A DNA stretch of 62,506 nucleotides, filler included, from Nemertoderma westbladi (GCA_032718475.1; 4 parts of 4 records of this genome joined end to end with filler, not necessarily neighbours in it), one strand, 5' to 3'. Positions 23,158 through 34,860 are shown, counted from the whole stretch's first letter. Program-made: numbers and translations. Notes: generated from the sequence alone by a model not told the origin.

Positions 23158-24726
23158 ATGTATCGATTCATTATACATGGGAGAGGGATACCTTATAGGT
23201 CCACGAGTACAGGTAAACGACTCGTATTTCCTCCATCAACCCGGTTTATCTCTTCTGTCCATGGCGCTGCCGTAATAAATTCTAACGAGATTGCAACCCA
23301 GTGTTACATAAACGGCGCGTTTCGCGACTCTGCTAACGGGACGCGGTTCGCCGTACTGAACCCGGCGAATGGGGAGCCAATAGCCGATGTCTCCGACTGC
23401 GACACAGCGGACGCCACGCAGGCGATAGAGGCAGCCCACAACGCCTTCCACTCGTGGAGAGCTGTACTGCCTATCGAGCGAGCGAATCATTTACGATCGC
23501 TCTACGAGGCCGTAATCGCGGATAAAGAAACCCTTGCGGAGCTGATAACCACGGAAATGGGGAAACCGTTACAGGAGTCGCGTACGGAGGTTAATTACGG
23601 GGCGAGTTTCCTGCGGTGGTTTTCGGAGGAGGCTCGAAGAATCTACGGACAAACGCTGCCACTAATAGCATCTAATAAGCGTCTATTTACCATGAGGCAA
23701 CCTGTAGGAGTTTGTGGACTTATAACCCCGTGGAACTTCCCTCTGGCTATGCTCACCCGTAAACTAGGCGCCGCATTGGCGACAGGGTGCACAGCGGTGT
23801 GTAAACCGGCCGAGGACACCCCATTGACGGCGCTCAGACTGGCCCAACTAGCCGACCGCGTAGGTCTACCGGCCGGGGTGCTCAACGTGCTGCCGATGCA
23901 GGCGGGTCCCGCTGTCGGACGACTCCTCTGCGAACACCCGCTGGTGCCGCACATAAGTTTCACGGGATCGACGGCCGTCGGTAAACTCCTCCTCGCCCAA
24001 TGCGCGCCGCTCGTGAAGCGCGTCAGTCTCGAGTTGGGGGGTAACGCGCCGTTTATCGTATTCGATTCGGCCGACGTGGACGAGGCAGTCGCCGGGGCTA
24101 TAAACTCAAAGTTTCGCGCGGCCGGACAGACCTGCGTCTGCGCCAATCGCTTCCTCGTACAATCCCGCATCTACCGCCAATTCTGCGATAAACTATCCGC
24201 AGCGATGACGTCACGCTTAGTCGTAGGCGACGGGCGAGACTCTGCCAATAATCTGGGGCCGTTGATTAACGAGAAAGCGGTTGATAAAACGGTGGGGTTG
24301 CTTCGAGATGCGACAGAGCGAGGAGCTACGGTAGTCCTAGGCGGGGAGAGACATCCCGCAGGGGGTAACTTCTTCCAACCTACGCTCCTCTGTGACGTCA
24401 CCACCGATATGGTGATCAGTCGATCGGAGATATTCGCGCCGATCGTTACGGTGATACGCTTCGACACGGAGGAGGAGGCTGTTTCAATAGCGAACGCTAC
24501 TGACCACGGCTTGGCGGGATACTTCTTCACGACGAGTATGTCACAAGCGTTTCGCGTGGCGGAGGCCCTGGAGGTCGGGATGGTTGGGGTCAACGAGGGG
24601 TTATTGTCAACGGAGACAGCCCCCTTCGGGGGGGTTAAACAGTCCGGGGTGGGGGGAAGGGAGGGGGGCCCCACAGGGGTGGATGAGTACCTCAACACTA
24701 AGTATATATGCGTTGGCAATGTGTGA
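23158..24726 (+). CDS. ALDH5A1: Mitochondrial succinate-semialdehyde dehydrogenase, intronless
   Basis: TPWNFP, FTGSTAVGK, LELGGNAP (Glu), GQTCVCANR (Cys), EIFAP, PFGGVKQSG; Arg/Ser-rich N-terminus without acidic residues from the ATG at 23158. Confidence 0.95.
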   Translation: MYRFIIHGRGIPYRSTSTGKRLVFPPSTRFISSVHGAAVINSNEIATQCYINGAFRDSANGTRFAVLNPANGEPIADVSDCDTADATQAIEAAHNAFHSWRAVLPIERANHLRSLYEAVIADKETLAELITTEMGKPLQESRTEVNYGASFLRWFSEEARRIYGQTLPLIASNKRLFTMRQPVGVCGLITPWNFPLAMLTRKLGAALATGCTAVCKPAEDTPLTALRLAQLADRVGLPAGVLNVLPMQAGPAVGRLLCEHPLVPHISFTGSTAVGKLLLAQCAPLVKRVSLELGGNAPFIVFDSADVDEAVAGAINSKFRAAGQTCVCANRFLVQSRIYRQFCDKLSAAMTSRLVVGDGRDSANNLGPLINEKAVDKTVGLLRDATERGATVVLGGERHPAGGNFFQPTLLCDVTTDMVISRSEIFAPIVTVIRFDTEEEAVSIANATDHGLAGYFFTTSMSQAFRVAEALEVGMVGVNEGLLSTETAPFGGVKQSGVGGREGGPTGVDEYLNTKYICVGNV

Positions 24727-25118
24727 TTTAGTGCTACAAACATTCCAGATAGACTTTATAAACCAATTACGTTATTGATTTAAATAATTTAATAACTTCT
24801 TTATTATCCCAGAGGACTTAATATTTCTCACGGGGACGGTTTCGACACACATTATATTTTGTACATTTATAAAGATTCCTGCATACTTTTGACTCAATTA
24901 CGTTTTTCATTATCCTTTCAATTAATTAATCATGCAGGTACGGGATTCATTAGTTTAACATTAGTTTCTCCATGCCCTAAAACCTATCAGTACTGTGGGG
25001 TCGACCGATGGAATACTAAAAATAATTAAAAAATTCTGAGCTTTTTATTGCATACCGGTATGCTACCACTTTAACGAAAAAAAATTCGGGGCCAAAATAA
25101 ATAACATTCCAAATCGAA

Positions 25119-25218
25119 NNNNNNNNNNNNNNNNNNNNNNNNNNNNNNNNNNNNNNNNNNNNTTAATTAATTAANNNNNNNNNNNNNNNNNNNNNNNNNN
25201 NNNNNNNNNNNNNNNNNN
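25119..25218. other. Artificial contig linker N44-TTAATTAATTAA-N44
   Basis: Identical 100-nt structure occurs three times; the insert has stops in all six frames. Confidence 0.97.
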
Positions 25219-25920
25219 GTTATATTTGGATATTTTATTTGGATATTTATATTGGACGTTATGTTTGAATGTTGGGTTTGGAGGAGCGAGATATGGAAAG
25301 GAAGGCTTGCGAGCCTACCGTTAGCAATTGGTGCTCAGGAGAAGACATCCAGACCAGCAGGACTAACTTTAGATCGTCAGGAGGACATTATTGAAAGTTA
25401 TTAGCGCATTATGTTTGTATTATATTTGGACTGATTTAATTTGGTGAAGGTTTATTATGTATATTTACAATATATAAAGATTTATCGAAAGAGTTGATTT
25501 ATTTGTTTGATTTGTTTGAATTATTTGTTTTGATTTGTTTATTTGCTTATATTGATAACCGAAAGCCTTTTTTTGTATTTTAGGCACTAAAGTTAATTCG
25601 TAAATTTGTATTTGTATGTACGATCGATTGTATTTACGCCGTATCTGCAATATTAAGTATGCAATGATTAGATAGTGATTATATTTTATATTTTAGGCCC
25701 TACCAGTAAATTTAGAAATAGTTTGTAGATATTTTATATTTTGATTGGTGAAAACAGTCTTACTTACTGTTTTCATGGAGCGGTGATGAATTATTTCACT
25801 ATAAGGTAGCATTTGTAGTTTAACTTTAACGTAAAAACTTTTGAAAATCCGACGTATTTTGATTAAGTTACAGTAATGTAATATGCCTATTCATATTTGT
25901 ACACATAAAACCCTTAGGTA

Positions 25921-25996
25921 CTCTCGTGGCGTAGTGGTCAGATGGTTAAGGCGTTGGTTACATTACGTAGGTTACGAGTTCGAATCCCAGTCGGGA
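25921..25996 (+). pseudogene. Degenerate tRNA-like sequence / SINE head
   Basis: A-box-like tggcgtagtgg and B-box gagttcgaatccc; no clean cloverleaf. Confidence 0.5.
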
Positions 25997-26039
25997 AATT
26001 TGTATTTTGGGGCAATTTATTTTCGTGTGGTGCTAATTG

Positions 26040-26305
26040 GTAGGCCAATGAGAAGCGTACAACGTAGCGAATAATGAGCCAGGCCAATCATAGAGCATAA
26101 ATTACCTTATTGCTCAAATGTGAGGCAGTGGAAAATTCTGTTAGGATTCCATGTCCCAGATTTAGTGTAAGGGCCGGACTGCGTTGAACGATGAGCTGGG
26201 CCAATCATAGGGCACGACGCACTTCATTGCTCAATTGTGAAGCTGTGGAAATTTCTGTTTAGTTTCCATGTGCAATTTCTAGTATAAAAGGCCGGTTTGC
26301 CTTCG
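26040..26305 (+). promoter_or_regulatory. Tandemly duplicated CCAAT/TATA promoter module (LTR U3-like)
   Basis: Two copies offset by 117 bp (26074, 26191), each with ggccaatca; the second ends in TATAAAA at 26283; a third ggccaatga at 26043. Confidence 0.55.
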
Positions 26306-28189
26306 GTTATCACTTGTTATTACTGCTATATACCTTATGTTATGTCACTTCTTAGCACTTTGTTAAACTCTTACTTTAGTTTCCATTTAGTTTATTTCGG
26401 TTTCTTGTTGAAACTTGTTTGATAAATCCTTTTGTAAAACTGTAAATATACTGCAATTTCCTGACATGTTTTCTTTTGGTCCGACTTCGGGACAGCCGAA
26501 CACCAGGGAGATGGCAGCCTAGACCGTTAGGCCGTAAGCAACGCAGGGAAGAGATGTCCACAACACGCTAGCGCCCACATTTGGATTGACCGCGCACCCC
26601 CTTTGCCCTTCGAAATACTCCACTTGCTATGCAGCGCCCGCTTTGTGAGAAGGTAAGACTTTGTTCGACGCCCTTGCCCGCCGTAAGACCTATAGATCAC
26701 GGTAAGCGTGACACCGCACTGGACGCCGCAAATTTAGAATCAAATAATTATATCCAGACACCCCCCCCCCCTTCTTGTCAGCCCTACGAACCCCTGGGTT
26801 AACCTGTACTTCCTGCAGGTGCGAACTATTGCCATTCGTCAGTACGCGAGTACACATTAGGTACGGACAGCATACGTTCCATAATTTAGTGATTCATAGC
26901 ACTGACTGTTTGGTACCGGTTCGCTTTGTAGAACGTACATTAGTACCCCCCCCCCCCCCCTTCCTGTCTGGAGTTAGCTATTTGATCAGGCAAGGAGCAT
27001 TTCTGCTACCGGCACACTGCTTGGCCTAGGGAGGTTTATTAATATCCTACCGCGCCTTGCCACGTACTGATAGGTATTGCTGCTAACTACCGCAGCAACA
27101 AAGTTCTAGAATTAAATTAGTATACCAGATCAGCTAACGTACGGTAGCGATTAACCCCTATTCTTATCTTACAACCAGAATCTGGTATTAGTGCCGATCA
27201 CGGGTGTAGTTACTAACACTGTGGTTGCCCATTGGGTTGTGGATAGGAAGGAGAGAGCTTTGACGTCATTCGTGAGTATAAAGTTCTACAAACGCGACTA
27301 GTTTATTTTAGTAGCTAGCGCACGGTATCATTTTAGTCAGAAAATCACTAAAACCTAGTAAAAGGAATTACCCGAAATTGTTTTATTTGTAACACACCCA
27401 CACACACACGCCCTAAAACATATCGCCCTTAAAGTTCTACTAGCTATAGCGTACTATACATTACGTTAGGTGGAAATTATTTGTATTTGTACAATTAGGA
27501 TCTGATTTGATTGCGGCAAGATAAGGAGTATTTCACTTTCGTTATTAAACTGTTGTTTGTCTGGACAACGGTATTGTTACATTTAGGCCTGACCTTTTAG
27601 ACTGATTTCGTACAGGGGGATCAGTTATTGTTACATTTAGGTACGACCCCTTTTCGACTGATTTAGGACTGTCAGTGTTGTTACGCTAGGTCTGTTAACC
27701 CACTAGCTCGTATATAAACCATATAAATCACACCGCGGCAAGTTACTGTATTTAGGACTGTCAGTGATAGTTAGGATTCGCTGCGCGGGGATTGTTTTCC
27801 CGTGAGTTTGGTCTGTTACTGTAACTGTACATCTGCCTCACCGGTTAGAGGACAGGTATCCTTCTGTCTAGTACGTAGGCATTCGACCCGCTCACGTACA
27901 TAGAATAGATACAAGGCTCTGTTCCTCGCCAGTAGTCGTTTGTGTACTATATCTGTTTGTTTAGATATCCTGGACTGGGATTTGTTGTCAGATACTGTAC
28001 AAGCCCGTATACATTACTAGAGTCTCATAGTAAGATACATCGTTACTAGGATCTGGTAAGCGGTATACTACTGGACCCTTACAATATGTGTCATTATATC
28101 AACGTATATTAGACCTTTATTGACCATAAATTTACAAGCTGATAACATACAATAACATACAATAAATAAATAAACAAGGTTCATACAAT

Positions 28190-28370
28190 AAATTCAGATT
28201 CCGTGATCCCAGGGTACGACAAGTCTCATATTTATCGAGTAGATTCGCTAGGTAGTCTGGCGCCAAACCGTGTAGACACTTATAAACTAGTGTTGCGATC
28301 TTAAAATCAATCCTTCTGCAGATAGGTAGACAGTGTAGCTCCCGGGGCCGGGGTATGGGTGTAATGTGGA
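28190..28370 (-). pseudogene. L2-clade non-LTR 3' fragment
   Basis: HITP...LHCLPICRRIDFKIATLVYKCLHGLAPDYLANLL motif. Confidence 0.8.
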
Positions 28371-28864
28371 AATATAAGTCATCTGATTGGTCTAAGGGGC
28401 CGTCAGGGTCAGGGTCAAAGGGGTGGGGGGGGGGGGGGGGGGTAGCTATACTTGCGACGTCACAATACCCCTTTAAATAAAAATACATTTTACAAATACC
28501 AAATTTAATACACAATAAAATATTTCTATAATAATAATATTTATTCGAACGAGCGAAATGCGATAGAGGATTAAATATCACATTTAGCGGCATCTACTGG
28601 TATATTACTGGTACATCATAGATATCGTCCAAAATCAGCACCGATATATTAATTCATTGGTTTATTTTAATTATTATGTTTGTTTATTTATCGGTCGGTA
28701 GGGGAGGAGTGGAGTGGAGGTGTGTCTGTCTGTATACCGAACTGTATAGTGTATACCCTATTGTTATTATTATTCATTTTCTTCTCTTATATTCTTTCGA
28801 ACCCGTTTCAAATGAATTTTTACCGACACTAAAAAATCATCTGATGGATCATCATAATAATGGC

Positions 28865-29270
28865 GAGTGTGATGTGAACTGTGGGCCTCTGTCGGATGTG
28901 AGGTCCCCTGGGATACCGAACCGTGCCACCCATGTGCGTAGAAAGCCACGAATGCAATTTTCAGTTGTGGAGTCTGGAATTGGAATAGCTTCTGGCCACC
29001 TGGTATAGCGATCTACTATTGTAAACAGGTAGCACATTTTCTCAGAGATGGGAAGGGGCCCCACAAGGTCTACATGAAGAGATCCAAAGCGCCGTTCCGG
29101 TGGGGGGCGGGATTCTAAGGGGGTGTGTATGTGTTGGCTGACCTTAGAGACTTGACACGGGTGACAGGAGCGACACCAGTTGCGGATATCTGATTTCATC
29201 CCATGCCAAACAAATCGTTTCGCTATTGCACGGTATGTGGGACGGTAACCAGTGTGAGAAAGGCCATGGA
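28865..29270 (-). pseudogene. Integrase N-terminal part (H-H-C-C, first two catalytic Asp), out of frame with pol and truncated
   Basis: HGLSH...CRSCHPC, HVDLVGPLP, TSDRGPQF. The frame break at ~29270 coincides with a 4-nt duplication (gctatctatccat). Confidence 0.9.
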
Positions 29271-31348
29271 TAGATAGCCTCAAATATTCGTTTTGTCCAA
29301 TTGGCAGGTATGACTGGTCTGGCCTTTCCAGTGGCAGTGTCACATAAGATAGAGTAGCCATTATAGGCAAGGTCTTCGAGATTGAGTGAAGTGACAGCAA
29401 TGCTTGTGCGATAAGCTTCGATTTCTTTGGATGTAGCCTGGTCTGAAGCCAACTGTGTGTATTCGATTGTAGGAGTTAGAATAGCTGACACTGTTGTACC
29501 TGATCTGGTGTTGGGCTCATTGTACTCAACAGGGGCACGTGATAGTGTGTCTGCTACGACATTGGATGTTCCCTTAATGTGTTGGACATCTGTAGTGAAC
29601 TCGGCAATGAAGGAAAGGTGGCGAGTTTGGCGGGGGGTGCGATCGGCGGTGCCAGTCATTGCAGCAACTAAGGGCTTATGGTCTGTAAACAATGTAAATT
29701 GCCGTCCTTCGATATAATTCCGGAAATGTTTGATTCCTAAGTAGGCAGCAAGCAGTTCCCTGTCGAAGGCAGAGTAATTCTTCTCAGCGTTGGTTAGCTT
29801 CTTAGAAAAGAAGGCCAATGGGCGCCAAACATTGTTATCGAGCTGATCTAGTGAACCACCTACTGCCATGTCCGAGGCATCAACGGATACCGAATACTTA
29901 AAGCTAGGATTGGGATGGTGTAGCATAGCTGCATTGGCAAGGGCAGATTTAGCTTCCTCGAATGATGATTGACATGCTTCAGTCCAGATAATGGGTCTGC
30001 CTTTCCCTTTAGTTGCGTTGTGAAGTGGGTGGAGGCGGGCAGCGAGGTTGGGCATAAACCGGTGGTAATAATTGATCATGCCTAAGAATCTTTGCAGCTG
30101 ATGTTTGTCAACGGGTACAGGGAAATTAGTAACAGCTTCAACACGTTCAGGTAGGGGGGTGATGCCAGTTGAAGTGACTTTATGGCCCAGGAAGGTGAGC
30201 TCATTGACACCGAATACACATTTGGGGCGCTGGATGACCATGCCGTTGCGAGACAGTGCCGAGAAGACCTCTCTCAAGTGAGAAGCATGTTCAGTGCGGT
30301 TGCTACTAGCTACCAGGATGTCATCCACATATATGAATATACATGGAAACCCTCGAAGGATGGTATCCATCAGCCGTTGAAACGATTGAGCCGCATTCTT
30401 CAGACCAAAGGGCATTCGTAGAAATTCCCACAAGCCACATGGGGTGATAATGGCTGTCTTACAAATATCGGCTTCAGTCATAGGGATTTGATGGTAGCCT
30501 TTCGCCAAGTCAATCTTTGAGAATATAGTTTTCCCATTCAGATTGGTGTTGAAGTCACCGATATGTGGTATCGGGTATTTGTCATCTTTTGTGGCTGCAT
30601 TGAGGCGTCGGTAATCGCCACATGGGCGCCAACCACCATCAGGTTTGGGTACAACATGTAGTGGTGTGACCCAAGCAGAATTGCTGCGACGGATGATTTC
30701 CAAGTCTTCCATTTTCTTAAATTCAGCTTGGGCTACCTCCAGCTGGTCGGCATGAAGACGTCTCGCGTGGGCGAAAATGGGTGGGCCATTAGTGGGGAGG
30801 TGGTGTTCAACACCATGTAAGTTTGGAGCACAGGCATGGAAACGTGGGATTAGGAGTTCAGGAAACTCATCGAGGATGGAAGTGAGGTTGACATCATCCT
30901 CTCTGGGTTTATGGAGCCCATTGATGTTTCCTATCACTGATGTTGATCCTGCCGGTATTGTAGCGTATGTCTCTAGGTCAATTAAACGCCGATTGGCCAT
31001 ATCGATGGCCAGATTATTAGCTATGAAGAAATCTGCACCAAGGATTGGTTGTTGTACATCAGCAATGTTGAAACGTTGGACGAAGGTTTGGTTGCCCAGT
31101 TCGAGGGCAATTGTTGTCGTCCCCCATGCTGAGATGCGTGAGCCATTAGCAGCAATGAGAGGTGTAGTTTGAGTACGTGAATGATCGAGTCTTGATGCTG
31201 GGATGACGGACTCATCGGCACCGCAGTCGACAAGAAACTGACGTCCGGTCTTGCGGTCCCAGACTGTCATAGTTTTCATGCCATCTTTCTGTTTGGGTTT
31301 GTTGCCGACGGCCTGGACGGCTACTGGGCGTCGGCAGTGGCGTTTCCC
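29144..31348 (-). CDS. pol: Gypsy pol (protease, RT, RNase H), probably expressed by -1 frameshift from gag
   Basis: FLVDCGA protease, [41 protein letters not shown]. Confidence 0.93.
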   Translation of the reverse strand, partial: GKRHCRRPVAVQAVGNKPKQKDGMKTMTVWDRKTGRQFLVDCGADESVIPASRLDHSRTQTTPLIAANGSRISAWGTTTIALELGNQTFVQRFNIADVQQPILGADFFIANNLAIDMANRRLIDLETYATIPAGSTSVIGNINGLHKPREDDVNLTSILDEFPELLIPRFHACAPNLHGVEHHLPTNGPPIFAHARRLHADQLEVAQAEFKKMEDLEIIRRSNSAWVTPLHVVPKPDGGWRPCGDYRRLNAATKDDKYPIPHIGDFNTNLNGKTIFSKIDLAKGYHQIPMTEADICKTAIITPCGLWEFLRMPFGLKNAAQSFQRLMDTILRGFPCIFIYVDDILVASSNRTEHASHLREVFSALSRNGMVIQRPKCVFGVNELTFLGHKVTSTGITPLPERVEAVTNFPVPVDKHQLQRFLGMINYYHRFMPNLAARLHPLHNATKGKGRPIIWTEACQSSFEEAKSALANAAMLHHPNPSFKYSVSVDASDMAVGGSLDQLDNNVWRPLAFFSKKLTNAEKNYSAFDRELLAAYLGIKHFRNYIEGRQFTLFTDHKPLVAAMTGTADRTPRQTRHLSFIAEFTTDVQHIKGTSNVVADTLSRAPVEYNEPNTRSGTTVSAILTPTIEYTQLASDQATSKEIEAYRTSIAVTSLNLEDLAYNGYSILCDTATGKARPVIPANWTKRIFEAIYPWPFSHWLPSHIPCNSETICLAWDEIRYPQLVSLLSPVSSL
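31303..31348 (-). promoter_or_regulatory. -1 programmed ribosomal frameshift signal
   Basis: Slippery G GGA AAC (31348-31342) in the gag frame, 5-nt spacer, then 8-bp stem TGCCGACG...CGTCGGCA enclosing the gag stop. Confidence 0.8.
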
Positions 31349-32187
31349 GAAGGTCTGGGTACTGTGATGTGTGCCATGTCGCAAGTGGAACCAGGGAGCA
31401 TAGTGCAGCAAGCCCAGGTATGCATGCCATAACGCTGGTGATTGGCACAGCGAGTGGTGGATCGGCGGTTTACACGAGGTAGTTGAGTAGGAGGTGCATT
31501 CCTTTGGCTCTGATGCTGTTGGGTGCGTTTCTGTTGTCTACCTATGGCATCAACTTCTACTGCAGCTATACCACGATAATGAGTTGGACCTTGGGCCTCT
31601 ATGATAGAGTCAGCGGCAAATGCAAGATCTTCAATGTCTGTAGGAGGGTCTCTGGCCAGGGCTATGCGGACTGTTTCAGGTAGATGTTGTAGGAATAGAC
31701 TACGGAATGTATACCCCCTGTAGGTGTCAGCAGGAACTAAGGTAGCCATGTATCGTAGTGGAGAAGATGGGTGGCGATCACCCAGGCCATTGATTGCTAG
31801 TAACTTGGCTCCCTTTTGTTGTTCTGTAAGCCCATAAGTTTTGAGGAGTATAGTTTTCAGAGCTTCATATCTGTTAGCTTCTGGTGGGTTCAAGATGAAT
31901 GCACCAATTTCAGTTGCTACGGTGTTATCAAGGGCCTGGATTACATAGTTGTATTTAGTGAGGTCTGCCGTAATTCCTTTTAAATCTAACTGAGCTTCCA
32001 CTTGTTTGAACCAAACCTCGGGTTGCGCGCTCCAGAAAGAAGGGAGTTTCACAGCGATTGTTGATATGGCAGGAGTAGCATTGACCAGTAGATTTCCGAG
32101 ATTAAGGGCGTGGAGCTCATGTGCCAAACGTCCATAGTCGAATGCACCAGCTGTCGCCTCATTAATGTTATCAGGCAAATTGTTCAT
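31321..32187 (-). CDS. gag: Gypsy gag
   Basis: [43 protein letters not shown] and C-terminal C-x2-H...C motif. Confidence 0.9.
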   Translation of the reverse strand: MNNLPDNINEATAGAFDYGRLAHELHALNLGNLLVNATPAISTIAVKLPSFWSAQPEVWFKQVEAQLDLKGITADLTKYNYVIQALDNTVATEIGAFILNPPEANRYEALKTILLKTYGLTEQQKGAKLLAINGLGDRHPSSPLRYMATLVPADTYRGYTFRSLFLQHLPETVRIALARDPPTDIEDLAFAADSIIEAQGPTHYRGIAAVEVDAIGRQQKRTQQHQSQRNAPPTQLPRVNRRSTTRCANHQRYGMHTWACCTMLPGSTCDMAHITVPRPSGNATADAQ

Positions 32188-32211
32188 TATTAAGTTAGGT
32201 AATTAATCTAA

Positions 32212-32391
32212 CGTCCGGGTCACCAATGTGGGGGATGTAAATGCCACATAACGATCTAACGAATTAACGTACAAGTGAGCTATTTTATTATTGTTAAACA
32301 TTGTTGTGTTTTATATGTTCTAGAATACGTAATACTCAAGGAAACGAGTTAAGTATCCGAACGATAGGTAATCCATCGAGTGGACGCTACA
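32212..32391 (-). repeat. 5' LTR (~165 bp, 32227-32391) and primer-binding site
   Basis: Minus strand TGTAGCG...CCCCACA, containing ATATAAAA and AATAAA, followed by T-TGGTGACCCGGACG. Confidence 0.75.
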
Positions 32392-32724
32392 ATACACATT
32401 AATAATAATTACTGCCAACTACCAAATTAATTAAAACTGAAATTAAACCATTACAGAGAAGGAGTAAATCAACAAATCACATTAATTTATCTTTTGAACG
32501 GTGTATCACAATTTTTACATTTTATAAATCACGAGATATTCAAAATTAAAATAAGTGGAAATGAAATTTAAGACCATTAATCAAAATCAGTTGAGATACT
32601 CGTTCGTGGGGCCTTCGCGCAGCATGAGAGCTTATATTAGAATGTACATTATACTAATCTCTATCATATAGACGAAAAAAATATGAGCAAAGGCAAAGCC
32701 TAGTAGACAAACTAGTTGTAAAAT

Positions 32725-33345
32725 CTGTTACCTGGGATCATGGATCCGGAAGTCAGGTGAGGACCTTCGAATACGTAAGGGAAAGGCATGGGCAGCCTTG
32801 AATAGGCTTTCCAGGATTTGGAAGTCACCGAGAATTAATCGGGAACTTAAGGTCCGGTTATTTAGAGCAGCAGTAGTTCCAGTACTCCTCTATGGGAGTC
32901 CATGCTGGGCTCTAACTGCTGAGGATACCAAATCTCTGGATGGCACATTCACAAGAATGCTACGCAGGGTTCATTGTGTCAAGTTCAATGCACATATCTC
33001 CAACCAGACACTATATAACATTGAAGGTGTCTCATTGGTTCCCCCAAGCTTGACACTAGAACAAAATCGCCTACGCTTTGCAGGACATTGCTTTCGCCGT
33101 GAGGACCAGCCAGTACATAATCTTGTACTTTGGCAGCCTCATGGAGTGAATAAGCATGGTGGACAGCCCATGACTTTCTTGAGACGCATCTTAAAGGACA
33201 CTGGCCTTAAAGATGCGGATGATCTAGCAAATGTCATGGGTGATAGGGAGTTGTGGCGGTGCAATTTTGTCGATAAGCCGGCACAGCATTCTTAAAAAAT
33301 GCAGCTGCAATACAGCATGCCGATCCTAGTAATAGTAGTAGTTGT
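32725..33345 (+). mobile_element. 5'-truncated RTE-type non-LTR retrotransposon
   Basis: YLGS...RLFRAAVVPVLLYGSPCW...RLRFAGHCFR; short (AGT)n tail at ~33330-33342. Confidence 0.85.
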
Positions 33346-33742
33346 AAAAAGAGAGATCCATTTCAGTTTGCCCTTACTCACTTTAAATGTCATTTGTAAA
33401 CCTTCTAACTAGGGCTATTTAAGTTACTACTTGTCAGATATGACCATGCCCACATGATGAGAGTATAGATGCGCATAGTATAGATGCGCATAGTATACAT
33501 GCAAAATGTCAGGGCACTTTTAAGGATTAGATTTGGCTGGGGTCAAAAAACAAAATTTCCCTCACATAAATAAAAGGGGCCACTGTGAATACACTATCTA
33601 AGCTAAGGAAAAATATTTTAGTAAAAGTAGTTGATTTTTCTTTGCTTCATGGATTCGAGGAAATGGTCTGCTTTTGCAATAAAGTTCGAAATCATACTTG
33701 GGTGGTTGTTTATAGTTAATAGTATAATTTACATTTTATCAG

Positions 33743-33845
33743 GTTTTAGCTATTATGGACACAATTTGTTTGATTTGGGATTCTCTTATAGTAGTTCCTT
33801 TACCTCTATTTGGCATCCTCACTGAATCTTACTCTGCTCTAAACT
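33743..33845 (+). CDS. Isolated internal exon of a rhodopsin-like GPCR (TM2 to the Cys before TM3)
   Basis: Acceptor tttatcag, donor gtaagt; reads VLAIMDTICLIWDSLIVVPLPLFGILTESYSALN(C) with the LAxxD motif. Other exons not found in this contig. Confidence 0.6.
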
Positions 33846-34134
33846 GTAAGTTGAGTTTTATTCATAATTGGGGATCAAGTATTGGTGCAATTTGTCCTCC
33901 AAAAATCGAATGTTAGGTTCCATGCTACCGGTTTCTCTACTGCTGTTCTCTCAGGCTATCAGTACCGGTATTAGTTAGTATATATAGCACTATTTTGCTG
34001 CATTGTATGTACAGATGTAGGTATAAAGCAGGCATTTCTGTATTTTAGTACCGGTACCGGCACCGGTACTGCTGTAGGCCTACTGTGTAGCCTACCATTT
34101 AAATACGGTACTGGTAGGCCTACCGGCTGACCGG

Positions 34135-34470
34135 TTGTTTTGGTTAGAAAATCCCGTCTCTGTAACCTGCTCCTTTCCCTGATTTGGTAAAGTGACTGTT
34201 TATTGTTTTGGTTAGAAAATCCCGCATCTGTAACTTGCTCCTTTCTCTCAATTGGTAATGTTATCGTTTATTGTTTTGGTTAGAAAATCCCGTCTCTGTA
34301 ACCTGCTCCTTTCCCTCAATTAGTTAAATGATCGTTTACTGTTTTGGTTAGAAAATCCCGCCTATGTAACCTGCTCCTTTCCCTGATTTGGTAAAGTGAC
34401 TGTTTATTGTTTTGGTTAGAAAATCCGGCCTTAACCTGCTCCTTTCCATCAATTGGTAATTGTTTTTGGC
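34135..34470. repeat. Five-unit 68-bp tandem array of the dispersed MITE core motif
   Basis: gttttggttagaaaatcc starts at 34137, 34205, 34273, 34341 and 34409. Confidence 0.95.
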
Positions 34471-34599
34471 TATAAAATGAGTGTTTGGCTACGTCATGTG
34501 GTAATCGATTATCGACAACAACCACAAACTATTAAATTTAGAGTCTTTTACCACAGGCGCATATGGAAATCTATATCATAGTCTATAAATCATGGAATC

Positions 34600-34860
34600 A
34601 TGGAATGTTTTGGCACAGGCATAGTGAAACCAACTGTCCGACAGACCAGAAATCAACAAATTTTGAATGTTTTGGCATAGGCATGTTGAAATCAACTGTC
34701 TGACAGTCCAGAAATCAGCAGTCTGACAGTTTGAAGAAATGCATACATAAAAAGTAATTAAAAGGACAATAAAAGTCATTAAAAGGACAACAAAAGTCAT
34801 TATGCACAATTCGTAAAAAAAGGAGGACAAAAAAAGTCAAATAAAAGGACATAAAAAATC
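34600..34860. repeat. Short degenerate tandem repeats (~63-bp pair and ~20-bp aaaaggaca units)
   Basis: gaatgttttggcaYaggcat...cagaaatca twice; aaaaggaca-type unit about four times. Confidence 0.7.

Larger units (their letters stand above)
28865..32391 (-). mobile_element. Ty3/Gypsy LTR retrotransposon, 3'-truncated within integrase, no 3' LTR
   Basis: 5' LTR, PBS, gag, then PR-RT-RH-IN in Gypsy order; sequence breaks after TSDRGPQFTS. Confidence 0.95.

Noticed and set aside
24640-24670. Extra Gly in ALDH5A1 GVGGREG
   Set aside because: Falls in a G-rich run; could be a trivial indel or sequencing artefact.
23643-24743. Long antisense ORFs over ALDH5A1 (likewise over WTAP, pol and the CRE ORF)
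   Set aside because: Expected shadows of GC-rich coding sequence; no motifs of their own.
25119-25218. TTAATTAATTAA inside N runs as a biological motif
   Set aside because: Identical in all three gaps and encodes six-frame stops; it is a concatenation linker.
25921-25996. Functional tRNA gene (also 42711-42782)
   Set aside because: A and B boxes are present but acceptor and anticodon stems do not pair properly.
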